A stretch of 38,660 nt of DNA from a virus (IMGVR_UViG_3300003375_000062:1-38660); one strand, 5' to 3'; shown: positions 8,793 to 19,220, counted from the first letter of the stretch. The notes: a model not told the origin generated them from the sequence alone. Numbers and translations: made by a program.

Positions 8793-9143
8793 ATGCGTGC
8801 TAGAGAACTTTTTGAAAAAACCCTAAAAGGTGCTGATCTTCCATTTGGTTCCAGAGAAGCCTTGCCTCCGTCAATGGTTGTACCTGATCTGGAGCCAAAC
8901 TACGAATACTATCGCCTGCTCACGGCACTGGCTGGTATGCCAGATGACGATGCCATACCTTTAAACAGCGTGTTAAAAGATAAGCCACTTATCATTCCAT
9001 ATACCAAAATAGAACATGATCATGTTATGAAGATATTGTCCAAAATGGACAAAAATCCACAGCCACTTACAAAAGCCCCGAGCATTGAAACTGATGATGT
9101 TCACAAAATCAGTCCCGTAAGAACATTCAAGGACTACAAATAA
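8793..9143 (+). CDS. Hypothetical protein, paralog of 9143-9511
   Basis: TAAATA at 8756-8761; shared LPP-x3-P-x-L, Y-x2-YR and V-R-x-FKD motifs with the next ORF. Confidence 0.75.
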   Translation: MRARELFEKTLKGADLPFGSREALPPSMVVPDLEPNYEYYRLLTALAGMPDDDAIPLNSVLKDKPLIIPYTKIEHDHVMKILSKMDKNPQPLTKAPSIETDDVHKISPVRTFKDYK

Positions 9144-9511
9144 TGCGTATTAAAGAACTTTTAGAAGGTTATAAAACTCCGCCGCTGCGCCTTGATGTTA
9201 AGGATACATTACCGCCAACGGTTACCATACCTGAGCTACCTAACAGCAATGGCTATGATCAATACAGATATCTATTGAACATGGCTGCGGCTGAAGCAGT
9301 GGCCCGCGGAGAGGTAAAAGTTGATCAAGAAAGTTCATTTAACCAATCCATTACAGTGGTGTGTTACGCACCACAAGAAATGGAAATCGTTAAGAAAACA
9401 GACGAGCTAATGGGTGTCAAACACCAGGTCATGGTTGCAACCGCAAGCCGCGAGCCTAGATGGGTAAATTCGCAAAGCACCGTTAGGGCATTTAAGGATC
9501 TGGACCGCTAG
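9143..9511 (+). CDS. Hypothetical protein, paralog of 8793-9143
   Basis: TAATG coupling; same motifs as the preceding ORF. Confidence 0.75.
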   Translation: MRIKELLEGYKTPPLRLDVKDTLPPTVTIPELPNSNGYDQYRYLLNMAAAEAVARGEVKVDQESSFNQSITVVCYAPQEMEIVKKTDELMGVKHQVMVATASREPRWVNSQSTVRAFKDLDR

Positions 9512-9585
9512 CAACCAAAATTGTGCTTGATTTTGCGTTCATGTTGTGCTAAAAGTACAAATGTACTATTCTAAGGAGCGCAATC

Positions 9586-10527
9586 ATGGGTGGTAATGTC
9601 TTTGAGGGCAGGACTGCTTGCATCAAACGAGAGAATATAACCCCAACTATTGACTCTTATTTTTCAGAGCTTGCACGTATTTTCCCAAATAAGTCAACAA
9701 TCTTCAATGTTAACCATTTCCAACCCGTAGGGTCGGTTGGTAAAAAAGCTGAGTCAGGCGATATCGATCTTGCGATAGATACGACTTCCATCCTTGATGC
9801 GGACATGAGTGCGTCTTCCATCATCCAATGGGGTATGAATCCAACAGATGTTGATGCTGAGTATGTTATTTTAGAAAAACGTGCAAGAACCTCAACGCCA
9901 TCGCAACTTCGTATGAAAGCGTTCCTAAAGATCCTTTCAGCTTATGTAAACGAACATTCAAATACGATCCTTTTCAACCATAAGAAAACAACAGACGGCA
10001 ATTTATTCAGCTGTCATCCACAGATTGATCAATATGGCAATCTTCTTGGCGTTGATGTACAGATTGATTGGATGATTGGAGACCTCAAATGGCTGAAATT
10101 CTCCTATTATTCCGCTCCAATGCCGACCGGGTCCAACGTAAAAGGCCTGCATCGTACACAGCTGATGCTGGCTGCATTCAAGGTAGCCAATCTTTCATTC
10201 AACCATGTGAATGGTATAAAGGACAAGGAAACGGGTATGGTATTGGCCACCGATCCTAAGCTAGCCTTGCAAATCCTTAGCTCCCGTTTGGGAATAAATC
10301 TCACAGAGTCGGATGCTGAAAATTACTACATCCTGCATGAGGTACTGCATAAAGGGTTAAGCCATGATCACTACTGCACGCTAATCGATATCTATTTTAA
10401 GATATTGGACTCAACACGGGCAGACATACCAGACGATCTGCAGGCTTATTGGCTAGCCAAAAGGCATGCGCTGGATCTAACCGGTAAGTTTCTACCCGAT
10501 AACTCTAAATTAAAGGATTATGCCTAA
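9586..10527 (+). CDS. Pol-beta-superfamily nucleotidyltransferase
   Basis: PVGSVGKKAESGDIDLAI (GS...DxD) plus third acidic residue in VQIDWM; AAGGAG RBS. Confidence 0.75.
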   Translation: MGGNVFEGRTACIKRENITPTIDSYFSELARIFPNKSTIFNVNHFQPVGSVGKKAESGDIDLAIDTTSILDADMSASSIIQWGMNPTDVDAEYVILEKRARTSTPSQLRMKAFLKILSAYVNEHSNTILFNHKKTTDGNLFSCHPQIDQYGNLLGVDVQIDWMIGDLKWLKFSYYSAPMPTGSNVKGLHRTQLMLAAFKVANLSFNHVNGIKDKETGMVLATDPKLALQILSSRLGINLTESDAENYYILHEVLHKGLSHDHYCTLIDIYFKILDSTRADIPDDLQAYWLAKRHALDLTGKFLPDNSKLKDYA

Positions 10528-11441
10528 TGTCTGGGGTTGCAGGTGCTACTAGAATTAAATCTAGAATCGATTTTTGCCAATTTATTGATAGTTATAGCAA
10601 ACTGATTGAACAATTCCCGGGGTTTGTTAGCCTTCGCGCATCAGGAAGCTTCAATTCAGATAGCTCAAAGCAGGATTTTGGTGATATTGACCTGATCGTG
10701 CATATCGACTCTACAAAACCAAAGCCCGCTTTAAAGAAAGACATGCAAAAGTTCTTTGAGGCCCAATCTGATAGTGTTATCGTACCGTTTACGTCCCAGA
10801 AATATAACGGTAAACGCAGCTATAACAGCGGTGAAATTGTTACCGTGCGGTATTTTGACCCAAATCTGGGTTACAGCGTGCAAATTGACAATATCATTGC
10901 GTTAGATGCAAATGAAGCTGATTTTAAACAACATTTTTTAGATTTTACAGCAACAAAACAAGGGCTAATCTTAGGATTGGTTAAAATCTCCACTGTTGAA
11001 ACAGAGCCAAAAGAACTTTTTGCTAGACTTGGAATTGATATCGCAGTATTAGATCCTGGGGGACTTATACATGTTGAAGCCCCATTTGGAAGTGACTATG
11101 ATCAAGAATATGAGTTCAATCTCAGTAGCAGTGAATTGCAATTGAGAAAAGTAACATATGTACATAGTTCATATGCACAGGCATATAGAACAGTGATCTG
11201 GAAATCACAACGCATACAAGATTTGGCTTCATTGCTGTATCAGTATGATTTGAATGCTGATTTTGATTCACTTTTGTTGCAATCAAAAACCACAGTTCAT
11301 AATTCTCGAAGTTTTAAGCGCATCCCTGGTGTGTTCACCAGCATGATTAGCGTTAAATCTGGCGAGGTTGGTACCAAAAAAGGTGATGAAAAGACACTGG
11401 CCATTAAAAAAGTGCAGTCAACTTTTGCGGAGATTGCGTAA
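10527..11441 (+). CDS. Pol-beta-superfamily nucleotidyltransferase (second copy)
   Basis: ASGSFNSDSSKQDFGDIDLIV and VQIDNI; coupled to the previous gene. Confidence 0.75.
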   Translation: MSGVAGATRIKSRIDFCQFIDSYSKLIEQFPGFVSLRASGSFNSDSSKQDFGDIDLIVHIDSTKPKPALKKDMQKFFEAQSDSVIVPFTSQKYNGKRSYNSGEIVTVRYFDPNLGYSVQIDNIIALDANEADFKQHFLDFTATKQGLILGLVKISTVETEPKELFARLGIDIAVLDPGGLIHVEAPFGSDYDQEYEFNLSSSELQLRKVTYVHSSYAQAYRTVIWKSQRIQDLASLLYQYDLNADFDSLLLQSKTTVHNSRSFKRIPGVFTSMISVKSGEVGTKKGDEKTLAIKKVQSTFAEIA

Positions 11442-12020
11442 ATGCAAGGAAAAACCGTTGTCATTTATCCAGGAAGATTCCAGCCCTTCCATCGAGGACA
11501 TGCTGCAATGTATTCGCTACTGGGCATGTGTTTTCCCTACGCCGATCGTTGGATTGCCACCAGCGGAAAAGTTGGTCCGGATAGTCCTTTTAATTTTGAG
11601 GAGCGTAAATCGCTTGCACAGTTGGCTGGAATACCCGGCGATCGCATTGCAGAAGTGAAAAATCCATATATCGCCAGCGAGATATTGGCAAACTACGATG
11701 CAACAACGGACCATGTTGTCTTTGTTGTAAGTGAAAAGGACGCCAATAGGTTAAAATTTGGTGTCAAAAAAGATGGATCTCCGACATATCTGCAAGAATG
11801 GCAACAAAACGTAGAAATGAAGCCGTTTGATACCAAAAATGGTCATGCATATGTGACCATAATGCCGGTTGTGCCCTTTGAAGTTGCAGGTGATACAGTA
11901 TCAAGTGCAAGTGAAATACGTACCATGCTGGCAGATGAATCAAAAAAACAGCAGGTGATTGAGAATTTATATGGCGATAATGCTGGCCGGGCTGCGAGCA
12001 TTATCGCCATGCACTTTTAG
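11442..12020 (+). CDS. HxGH-class nucleotidyl(cytidylyl/adenylyl)transferase-like protein
   Basis: YPGRFQPFHRGH, SPFNFEERK, SSASEIR. Confidence 0.85.
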   Translation: MQGKTVVIYPGRFQPFHRGHAAMYSLLGMCFPYADRWIATSGKVGPDSPFNFEERKSLAQLAGIPGDRIAEVKNPYIASEILANYDATTDHVVFVVSEKDANRLKFGVKKDGSPTYLQEWQQNVEMKPFDTKNGHAYVTIMPVVPFEVAGDTVSSASEIRTMLADESKKQQVIENLYGDNAGRAASIIAMHF

Positions 12021-12021
12021 T

Positions 12022-12390
12022 TCAAGCCTGCCGAACAAAATAGTGGATTCGATTGCTTGTTTTTCCAAAATAATCCTCGCAGCACTTGAGTACAACATCG
12101 TTATCAAATGTTTTGCATGAAAATACATCTAGATAGAATGCCGTGCCGCCGTTGCCGTCATCTTCCACATAATGGCAGCAAATGTTTGACGTTTCGATGA
12201 GCTGTACCAATGTTATACCTGCCTTGTTACCGCTGCCAAAGCTAACAACCTGGGGCTCGCCAAATGCCACCATATCGATGCGTTTGACAAGGTCCTTGGC
12301 AAATTCTGTAACGTTTGCAATGCTGCTAATGGCTTCTAGTTTTGGTCCTGCAGCATCAACTGCCAAATGGTATCCCCAATAATTGCTCAT
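12022..12390 (-). CDS. speD: S-adenosylmethionine decarboxylase (phage type)
   Basis: WGYHL, QLIETSNI self-cleavage region, YLDVFSCK; AAAGGAG RBS and TATAAATA (12430-12437, minus) upstream. Confidence 0.85.
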   Translation of the reverse strand: MSNYWGYHLAVDAAGPKLEAISSIANVTEFAKDLVKRIDMVAFGEPQVVSFGSGNKAGITLVQLIETSNICCHYVEDDGNGGTAFYLDVFSCKTFDNDVVLKCCEDYFGKTSNRIHYFVRQA

Positions 12391-12498
12391 ATCATGTATT
12401 CTCCTTTGATGTACAATTGGTGTAGGCGGTATTTATAAGGTGTATTTGTGAAATATGCAATGTATGATAAATATCGCACATGTAAAAGGTTACCGGCA

Positions 12499-13338
12499 AT
12501 GAAACTATTTGATTTTCTCAATAATAATCCAATCCGTGAGAATGACATCCAAGTCAAACCGGATCACCCACCTTACCCCGGCCAAAGTTCCGGCCGGTTG
12601 AAAAAGTTTGTCAAGCGTCATTACGGCGGAAAAATGTCCTGTGCAAAAGCAATACGGGCAATAAATGACCCTGATGCAAATAATTTCTACAAAAAGCGCG
12701 CCGTTTGGTACAAAAATTTGCATTGCAATGGACGCAAGCAAATCCGGGAAGACGACAACACCGCAGCACTGACTATTTTTGACATTGACGATACCTTAAT
12801 GCGAACATCTGCGTCCGTGTTTGTAAAAAAACCAGATGGTACAAAACAGAAGCTTAGCTCAGCTGAATTTAACCAATACAAGTTAGAACCAGGTGAAGAG
12901 TTTGATTTTGGACAGTTTAGGGATGCAAAACTTTTTAGAAATACCAGCAAACCAATTGAAAATCTCTGGCGTACGGCCCAAACGATCCTATCCAACATAG
13001 GCCTGCGGCCAAATTCTCGTGTTGTCATTGTAACTGCACGGGGTGATATGGATGATAAGGATGAATTTCTGCGTGCATTTGAAGACCATGGATTGGACAT
13101 GAGCAAGATACATGTTTTTAGGGCAGGTAATCTCAATGCCGGAAGCTCTGCAGAAAATAAAAAAATCATAATACGTCATTTGCTCAAAGATGGCCAGTTC
13201 ACTGAAACTAGATTGTTTGACGATCATCAGGACAATTTGCGTGCTTTTCTGAGCCTTAAGGAAGAATTTCCCGATATAACATTTGAAGCCTATCCTGTTG
13301 GTGCATCTGGTACGATCGGCACTCCAATTATTGTTTAA
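12499..13338 (+). CDS. HAD-superfamily phosphatase with an N-terminal basic extension
   Basis: FDIDDTL (motif I), IVTAR (II), K, LFDDHQDN (IV); TAAATA at 12468-12473. Confidence 0.8.
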   Translation: MKLFDFLNNNPIRENDIQVKPDHPPYPGQSSGRLKKFVKRHYGGKMSCAKAIRAINDPDANNFYKKRAVWYKNLHCNGRKQIREDDNTAALTIFDIDDTLMRTSASVFVKKPDGTKQKLSSAEFNQYKLEPGEEFDFGQFRDAKLFRNTSKPIENLWRTAQTILSNIGLRPNSRVVIVTARGDMDDKDEFLRAFEDHGLDMSKIHVFRAGNLNAGSSAENKKIIIRHLLKDGQFTETRLFDDHQDNLRAFLSLKEEFPDITFEAYPVGASGTIGTPIIV

Positions 13339-13384
13339 TTGCGGCGTTGGATGTTATTTTTAATCCATATGTTTGGAGATAAGC

Positions 13385-13942
13385 ATGCCATTGCTGATTG
13401 CACACCGAGGACTGGTTGACGGTCCTGATATCAACAAAGAAAACACCGTTTCAGCCATATCGTCAGCCAGACAGGAAGGTTACGATGTTGAAATTGACGT
13501 TTGGTACCACAATGGATCTTGGTGGTTAGGACACGACGGACCGACCACGCCTGTAGAATTTGAATGGTTGATGGGCATGGACAGGGATGATGGTATTGAT
13601 ACACACCATGTGTGGATACATGCCAAAAGCATAAAAACCTTGTATCAATTACAAGCGCAAGAATGGCCAGGACATGTATTTTTCCACGAAAATGATCCGG
13701 TTGTATTAACAAGTTCTCGGTATATGTGGACCTTTCCTGGCCAAGAACTTACGCCCTTGAGCATTTGCGTAATGCCGGAAAATACAGATGTGATAAATCA
13801 TTGTCGAGAACTGGATGTGTACGGATTCTGTTCGGATTGGATACACAAAATAGACAAGGATTTGCACCGATATGCATCCGGTAAATATTTGATATCAACT
13901 GGGGCAATAGATGCAAACCATATTAGTAGCAGGTGTTCTTAA
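13385..13942 (+). CDS. Glycerophosphodiester phosphodiesterase-like protein
   Basis: LIAHRG...ENT...VEIDV...GHD; GGAG RBS. Confidence 0.75.
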   Translation: MPLLIAHRGLVDGPDINKENTVSAISSARQEGYDVEIDVWYHNGSWWLGHDGPTTPVEFEWLMGMDRDDGIDTHHVWIHAKSIKTLYQLQAQEWPGHVFFHENDPVVLTSSRYMWTFPGQELTPLSICVMPENTDVINHCRELDVYGFCSDWIHKIDKDLHRYASGKYLISTGAIDANHISSRCS

Positions 13943-14909
13943 TCAACCGTTTGGCAGTTGGCCTTCGGCAAGCCAGAGTGACGACGGAGTTATATGGACG
14001 CAGATGTCCGCTCCATTTGCAGTGAACGATTTTTGTACAGCGTTGGCAACAGATGGGACCACCACAGCGGTTTCAAACCAGAGAGGATATCTATCAGCAA
14101 CCACGGATATGTTTAACTGGACACAGGGTGAGATAAATGATGGTTTTGGAACCACTGACCTAGCACAGGCCGTGGATGCAAATTCAAATCCGCACTGGCT
14201 GGCGGTAGGTAGTTACAACTACATAAACGGATACGGCCCATATCCTGCACAAACAACGGTAGCACAGATATACAGGTCCGGCTCTGCCACCTCCCTATGG
14301 GAGATGGTTTGGACACATCCAAACAATAACAGCGAATTTTACCAAGTTGCATATTTTCAATCAGCACCAATAATTGACGCTGAGATTGATAATGTATGGG
14401 TAACAGTTGGCAATGATGGTCTTGGTCAAGGCAATGCATATTATAGCCTTGATTATGGATTATCCTGGACACCGGTGTTGGTTCCATCCGGCGTAGGTAT
14501 AATATACAGCGTCAACACCTATACTTTAGACAACACAACAGTTTGGATATGGGGATGTTCTGGTAAAATATTCGTATCGTCGACGCTTCAATCGTCAAAC
14601 TGGTCTGAAGTGTTGGTAAACGGTAATGATAACATTATTGGCATCACTGTTGATGCAAATAATGTCATGGTTTTAAACGGTGTGAATAATCTTTACATTA
14701 CATTTGATGGAATAGAATATTCAACATTTAACCAACCTGGTTATGTTTTTAACAATGTTGCGGTTTTTCAATACGATTCAAATTATAGATGGTTGGCGTT
14801 TGCTCGCAGTAACCTTACCCAATACACTATGTGGTACACGGACGATTTAAAAACCTGGATCCCAATAAACAACGGCATAGAAGTGCAGGGTTCTGCCATA
14901 AACGCTTGA
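13911..14909 (+). CDS. Beta-propeller-like protein with Asp-box (BNR) repeats, possibly virion
   Basis: SDDGVIW, SLDYGLSW, TDDLKTW repeats; TAAATA at 13882-13887. Confidence 0.6.
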   Translation: MQTILVAGVLNQPFGSWPSASQSDDGVIWTQMSAPFAVNDFCTALATDGTTTAVSNQRGYLSATTDMFNWTQGEINDGFGTTDLAQAVDANSNPHWLAVGSYNYINGYGPYPAQTTVAQIYRSGSATSLWEMVWTHPNNNSEFYQVAYFQSAPIIDAEIDNVWVTVGNDGLGQGNAYYSLDYGLSWTPVLVPSGVGIIYSVNTYTLDNTTVWIWGCSGKIFVSSTLQSSNWSEVLVNGNDNIIGITVDANNVMVLNGVNNLYITFDGIEYSTFNQPGYVFNNVAVFQYDSNYRWLAFARSNLTQYTMWYTDDLKTWIPINNGIEVQGSAINA

Positions 14910-14968
14910 TTGACACTGCCAGGATGTAAAACGCATGCTTGTTCTATATAACAAGAGGAGAACATAGC

Positions 14969-15241
14969 ATGTCAATAGGTTCACTATCAAGCGGAGACAA
15001 GGCCCGGCTACAGAGTCTGATTAATGAAGGTGTTCAGGCAATGGTAGACATTGCAGCAATGAAGGATGGTCTTAAGGAGACTATAGAAAACATTGCAGAG
15101 GAACTGGACATTAAAAAATCGGTGCTCAATAAGGCAATAACCATTGCGTTTAAGAACAGCCAAAACAAGGACAAGCTTACCGAAAGCCGCGAAGAGCTTG
15201 ACGAAGTTGAACAGGTTCTCATGGCAGCCGGTAGGGCCTAA
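14969..15241 (+). CDS. Small dsDNA-binding protein (T4 DsbA-like)
   Basis: Helical ~90-aa protein LKETIENIAEELDIKKSVLNKAITIAFK; GAGGAG RBS. Confidence 0.55.
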   Translation: MSIGSLSSGDKARLQSLINEGVQAMVDIAAMKDGLKETIENIAEELDIKKSVLNKAITIAFKNSQNKDKLTESREELDEVEQVLMAAGRA

Positions 15242-15247
15242 TACTAC

Positions 15248-16252
15248 ATGGCCAAATGGATCTTTATAACAGGCGGATGTGGTTACATTGGTAGCCACGT
15301 TGCTGCGCAAATCAAGGACCAAACCGACTATTCGGTAATGCTGATTGATCGCCGAGCCAAGCAACTGACACATACCACCCGATTTTGCGATATGGTAGCA
15401 GACGAAGATTTTGCAAGTCCGGTTGTGCGAGATGCAATACGAGACTATTGCCCAGAAGCTATAGTGCACCTTGCGGCTGACAGTACAATCGGACCAAGCA
15501 TGATCAATCCAGCAAACACTTGGAACAATAACGTGGCAAAGACCCTGTCTTTGCTGGAATGCTGTGCCAACAGCAATGTGCGCAATTTTATATTTGCTAG
15601 CTCAAGCAGCGTTTATGCAGATCAAGAATTTGCCGTGGACGAAACCAGTCCGTTAGCTCCGTATAGTCCCTATGCGTCAACTAAAATGGTTGGCGAAATG
15701 ATGCTAAAGGACTGGTACGGTGCCCATGGCTTGCGCAGCGTTAGTTTTAGGTTTTTTAACGTGGCTGGATCGCATAACAGATACGATTTAGGCGAACTTA
15801 ATGGTAGCTCTCATCTGTTGGCCAAGATAATGGAATCGGCCGTGCATGGCACGGATTTCACGGTGTTTGGCAAGGATTGGGCAACCGCTGATAAAACCGC
15901 AATACGCGATTACACGCATGTTCTGGACATTGCAGACGCAATCGTCAAGGCGATAACCTGGTTGCCAACCAATCCCGGTGCACATGTGATGAATCTAGGT
16001 GGCGGCCAGGGTTACAGCGTGCAACAGGTGATTGATACGACGGAAATGCTGATTGGCAAAGACCTACCATATCGGTACGGTCCTCGCAGGGATGGCGACT
16101 CTGCAATGAGATTCTCAAATAATGCCAAAGCACTTGGATTGCTTAATTGGAAGCCCATGCACTCTTTAAATGAAATGATATTAGATAGCTATAAGTGGTA
16201 TAGCAGCCAAATGTATCAGTCTCTTACACAAGCAAATATAAGATACAGCTAA
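15248..16252 (+). CDS. galE: UDP-glucose 4-epimerase
   Basis: TGGCGYIGSH, FASSSSVY, PYASTK (YxxxK), RFFNVAG, RDYTHVLD. Confidence 0.9.
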   Translation: MAKWIFITGGCGYIGSHVAAQIKDQTDYSVMLIDRRAKQLTHTTRFCDMVADEDFASPVVRDAIRDYCPEAIVHLAADSTIGPSMINPANTWNNNVAKTLSLLECCANSNVRNFIFASSSSVYADQEFAVDETSPLAPYSPYASTKMVGEMMLKDWYGAHGLRSVSFRFFNVAGSHNRYDLGELNGSSHLLAKIMESAVHGTDFTVFGKDWATADKTAIRDYTHVLDIADAIVKAITWLPTNPGAHVMNLGGGQGYSVQQVIDTTEMLIGKDLPYRYGPRRDGDSAMRFSNNAKALGLLNWKPMHSLNEMILDSYKWYSSQMYQSLTQANIRYS

Positions 16253-16309
16253 TATCTTGCTATCAACCGATAGCAAAGCTAACATGATATATTGCCAGGA
16301 GACACAAGA

Positions 16310-17995
16310 ATGTATATCGATGCCTTTTTAGAACGAGAAAAAAATCAAATCCTGGTTGTTGAAAGAAACAAAGCTGGTAAGCGTATATTCAACGTCCATA
16401 ATACCAAGTATTCTGTTTATTGGCCGGGACCACGTGGAAAGATACCAAACATACATGGAAATCTCTGCGAAAAATTCCAAACAAGCAAGCTAAAGGAATT
16501 TACTCGAGAGATCAACATGCTGCCTAAAAACAGCTTGCATGAGAGTGATATCAATCCTATTTTCCGTTGTTTGTATGATAATTATAAGAATGCCCCGTCA
16601 CCTGAGCTACACGTTGGGTTCTTCGATATTGAGGTGGACTTTGACCCTTTGCGGGGTTTCTCAAGTCCAGACGATGCGTTTTCACCAATCACCGCCATTT
16701 CAGTATATTTGGCATGGATGCAACGCAATTTCACTATGGTTATCAAACCAAAAGGAATGTCGCAGGAAACAGCTGAAGAGATCGTTGCAAAATTTGAAGA
16801 CACCGTGCTTTGCGAAAGCGAAAAAGAATTACTGGAAATATTCCTTGATCTGATAGATGATGTGGATATTTTAAGCGGATGGAATTCAGAAGGCTTTGAT
16901 ATACCCTACATCCACAACAGAATCGTGCAGGTATTGGGTAAGGAAGAAACCCGTAGATTGTGTTTATGGGGCAAGTTTCCCAAGCGTAGGGAATATGAGG
17001 CGTATGGAAGAGAAACCATAACCTACGATTTGGTAGGACGCATACACATGGATTACCTACAGCTTTATCGCAAGCACACATACCATGAAATGCATAGTTA
17101 TCGCTTGGATTTCGTTGGCGAATACGAAGTTGGAGACAAGAAAACACACTATGAAGGTAGCCTAGATTCGTTATATAACAATGATTTTGAAAGATTTATC
17201 GAATATAACAGGCAGGACGTACTGCTGTTGGTTAAGATCGACGCAAAAAATAAGTTCATCGATCTTAGCAATAATCTTGCACATGAAAATTGTGTTCTGT
17301 TGGCCACCACAATGGGTGCAGTTGGTCTCATAGATCAGGCCATCGTAAATGAAGCATGGGATCTTGGTTTCATCGTACCAAATCGTAAAAGGGATGATTT
17401 CCGCAACGACTCCGGATCAAGTGATGACGATGATGAAGAGATAAACATAAACGGTGTGGTGGGTGCGTATGTTGCGGATCCAAAACCTGGTATGCATGAT
17501 TGGATTGGCGGTGTCGACATCAACAGCCTGTATCCTTCGGCAATCCGTGCCCTTAACATGAGTCCTGAAACGATTATTGGACACATACGGCCGGAAAGCA
17601 CTGACAAGCTTATTACCAAGCGCATGCGCGATGAAAAGAAAAGCTTTGCAGACGCATGGAACGGCATGTTTGGCACGCTTGAGTACAACCAGGTCATGAA
17701 CCAGGATCTAACGCCGGTTACGGTTGATTTTGAGGATGGATCGACCTCAACCGTATCCGCAAGTGAGCTTTACGATTACGTGTTCAACAGCAGTAAAAAG
17801 CTAACGCTGTCGGCAAACGGAACCATCTTCACCCTGGAAAAATCTGGTATCATTCCGGGACTGCTTGCACGCTGGTATGCCGAGCGCAAAGAACTACAGG
17901 CCAAAGCCAAAACTGTTAATAGCCTCATTGATGGTATAGAAATTCCACCAGAATTATTAGACAAGGTTCAAAAATTATTAAGCCAAACTAAATAA
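16310..17995 (+). CDS. polB: Family B DNA polymerase, N-terminal subunit (3'-5' exonuclease + motif A)
   Basis: FDIEVD, GWNSEGFDIPY, YNRQDV, GAYVADP, DINSLYPS; ends in the first fingers helix (WYAERKELQ) plus a short tail; AGGAG RBS. Confidence 0.92.
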   Translation: MYIDAFLEREKNQILVVERNKAGKRIFNVHNTKYSVYWPGPRGKIPNIHGNLCEKFQTSKLKEFTREINMLPKNSLHESDINPIFRCLYDNYKNAPSPELHVGFFDIEVDFDPLRGFSSPDDAFSPITAISVYLAWMQRNFTMVIKPKGMSQETAEEIVAKFEDTVLCESEKELLEIFLDLIDDVDILSGWNSEGFDIPYIHNRIVQVLGKEETRRLCLWGKFPKRREYEAYGRETITYDLVGRIHMDYLQLYRKHTYHEMHSYRLDFVGEYEVGDKKTHYEGSLDSLYNNDFERFIEYNRQDVLLLVKIDAKNKFIDLSNNLAHENCVLLATTMGAVGLIDQAIVNEAWDLGFIVPNRKRDDFRNDSGSSDDDDEEININGVVGAYVADPKPGMHDWIGGVDINSLYPSAIRALNMSPETIIGHIRPESTDKLITKRMRDEKKSFADAWNGMFGTLEYNQVMNQDLTPVTVDFEDGSTSTVSASELYDYVFNSSKKLTLSANGTIFTLEKSGIIPGLLARWYAERKELQAKAKTVNSLIDGIEIPPELLDKVQKLLSQTK

Positions 17996-18017
17996 TCTCT
18001 ATACGGAGGTATTAATA

Positions 18018-19220
18018 ATGAATATACATGAAATAGAATTGGTATTATATAACAATAAAAATATACGGTCGCAATTACATTTACAGAGATATTTTAAATT
18101 AATAAAATACTATCAAAATAATGCTTGTATAAAAGTAAAAGGGTCAAATGGTGCATATGAGAGACATCATATTTTACCAAGGAAATTATATCCTGAATAT
18201 AAAAATTCCAAATGGAATATAATAGTGTTACCGACAAAAGCACATTATTTGGCTCATTATTTTTTATATAAGGCGCTAAGTGACAAATCTTGTGTATATG
18301 CTTTTAATCAAATGCGTAGAATATCCAAAAAGAATGGTAAAACTAATTGCAGATTGTATGAATCTGTTAGAAAAGAGTTTGCAAAACTAATTAGTGAAAA
18401 TAATACGGGCAAAGAAGTAAGTGAATCGGCAAGACTCGTATTAAGTAACCGTCATAAAAATACAAACACTTATAGAAATAAAACAACAGGTGAATTAAAC
18501 AGGCTTACAGTAGGACAACAGCCAGATGGATGGGAACCATTTCAAACGGGTAGAATACGAACTACAGATTCAAAGAATAAAATACGGCAAGCAATGTCAG
18601 GTAGAATGTGGCAATTTAATAAAGAAACAAAAGAAGTAAGACTGGAAAAAGAGTTATTACCGGGTTTTACTTTGGGATATCCAGACTGGTATGATAATGG
18701 CTCTGAGCTAATAAAAGGATATGTTTGGATACACAATCCAGAAACAAAGGTTCATTATAGAATACCAAAAAATGACCAGATACCAGATGGATTTGTGATA
18801 GGAAGAAGTTACAACAATGTAGGATTTGCTAAAATTAATCAGTCAAACTTGTTGCGGTTGATCGATTTATCAACAAAATGTTTTGTTATAATTGATAAAA
18901 AAGATTTTGACCCAAAATTACATCTGAAAACAGGTCAAAGTCTAGAAAAAACATTTGTTTATGATTATAAAAATACTGTATATTTATCATATTGTGACTT
19001 AATAAACGCTTGTCCCGAAATTCCACAGGTTGGCAAACGTAACGACAGTCTAAATCATCTGACAGTTCCAAAACCGCATTACAATATGAAAGAGGCACGA
19101 AAAGAATTTTGCGCAATAAATGTAGGAAAAACTATGAATCAAATTGGACTAAAAGTTATAAAAATAGCAGACTATGTATATGATAGGAGGACCATTTATG
19201 TTAGATGCAACAGTGATTAA
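18018..19220 (+). CDS. Free-standing HNH homing endonuclease inside the polymerase locus
   Basis: ERHHILPR...NIIVLPTKAHYLAH; AT-rich; own TAAATA (17989-17994) and GGAGG RBS. Confidence 0.85.
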   Translation: MNIHEIELVLYNNKNIRSQLHLQRYFKLIKYYQNNACIKVKGSNGAYERHHILPRKLYPEYKNSKWNIIVLPTKAHYLAHYFLYKALSDKSCVYAFNQMRRISKKNGKTNCRLYESVRKEFAKLISENNTGKEVSESARLVLSNRHKNTNTYRNKTTGELNRLTVGQQPDGWEPFQTGRIRTTDSKNKIRQAMSGRMWQFNKETKEVRLEKELLPGFTLGYPDWYDNGSELIKGYVWIHNPETKVHYRIPKNDQIPDGFVIGRSYNNVGFAKINQSNLLRLIDLSTKCFVIIDKKDFDPKLHLKTGQSLEKTFVYDYKNTVYLSYCDLINACPEIPQVGKRNDSLNHLTVPKPHYNMKEARKEFCAINVGKTMNQIGLKVIKIADYVYDRRTIYVRCNSD

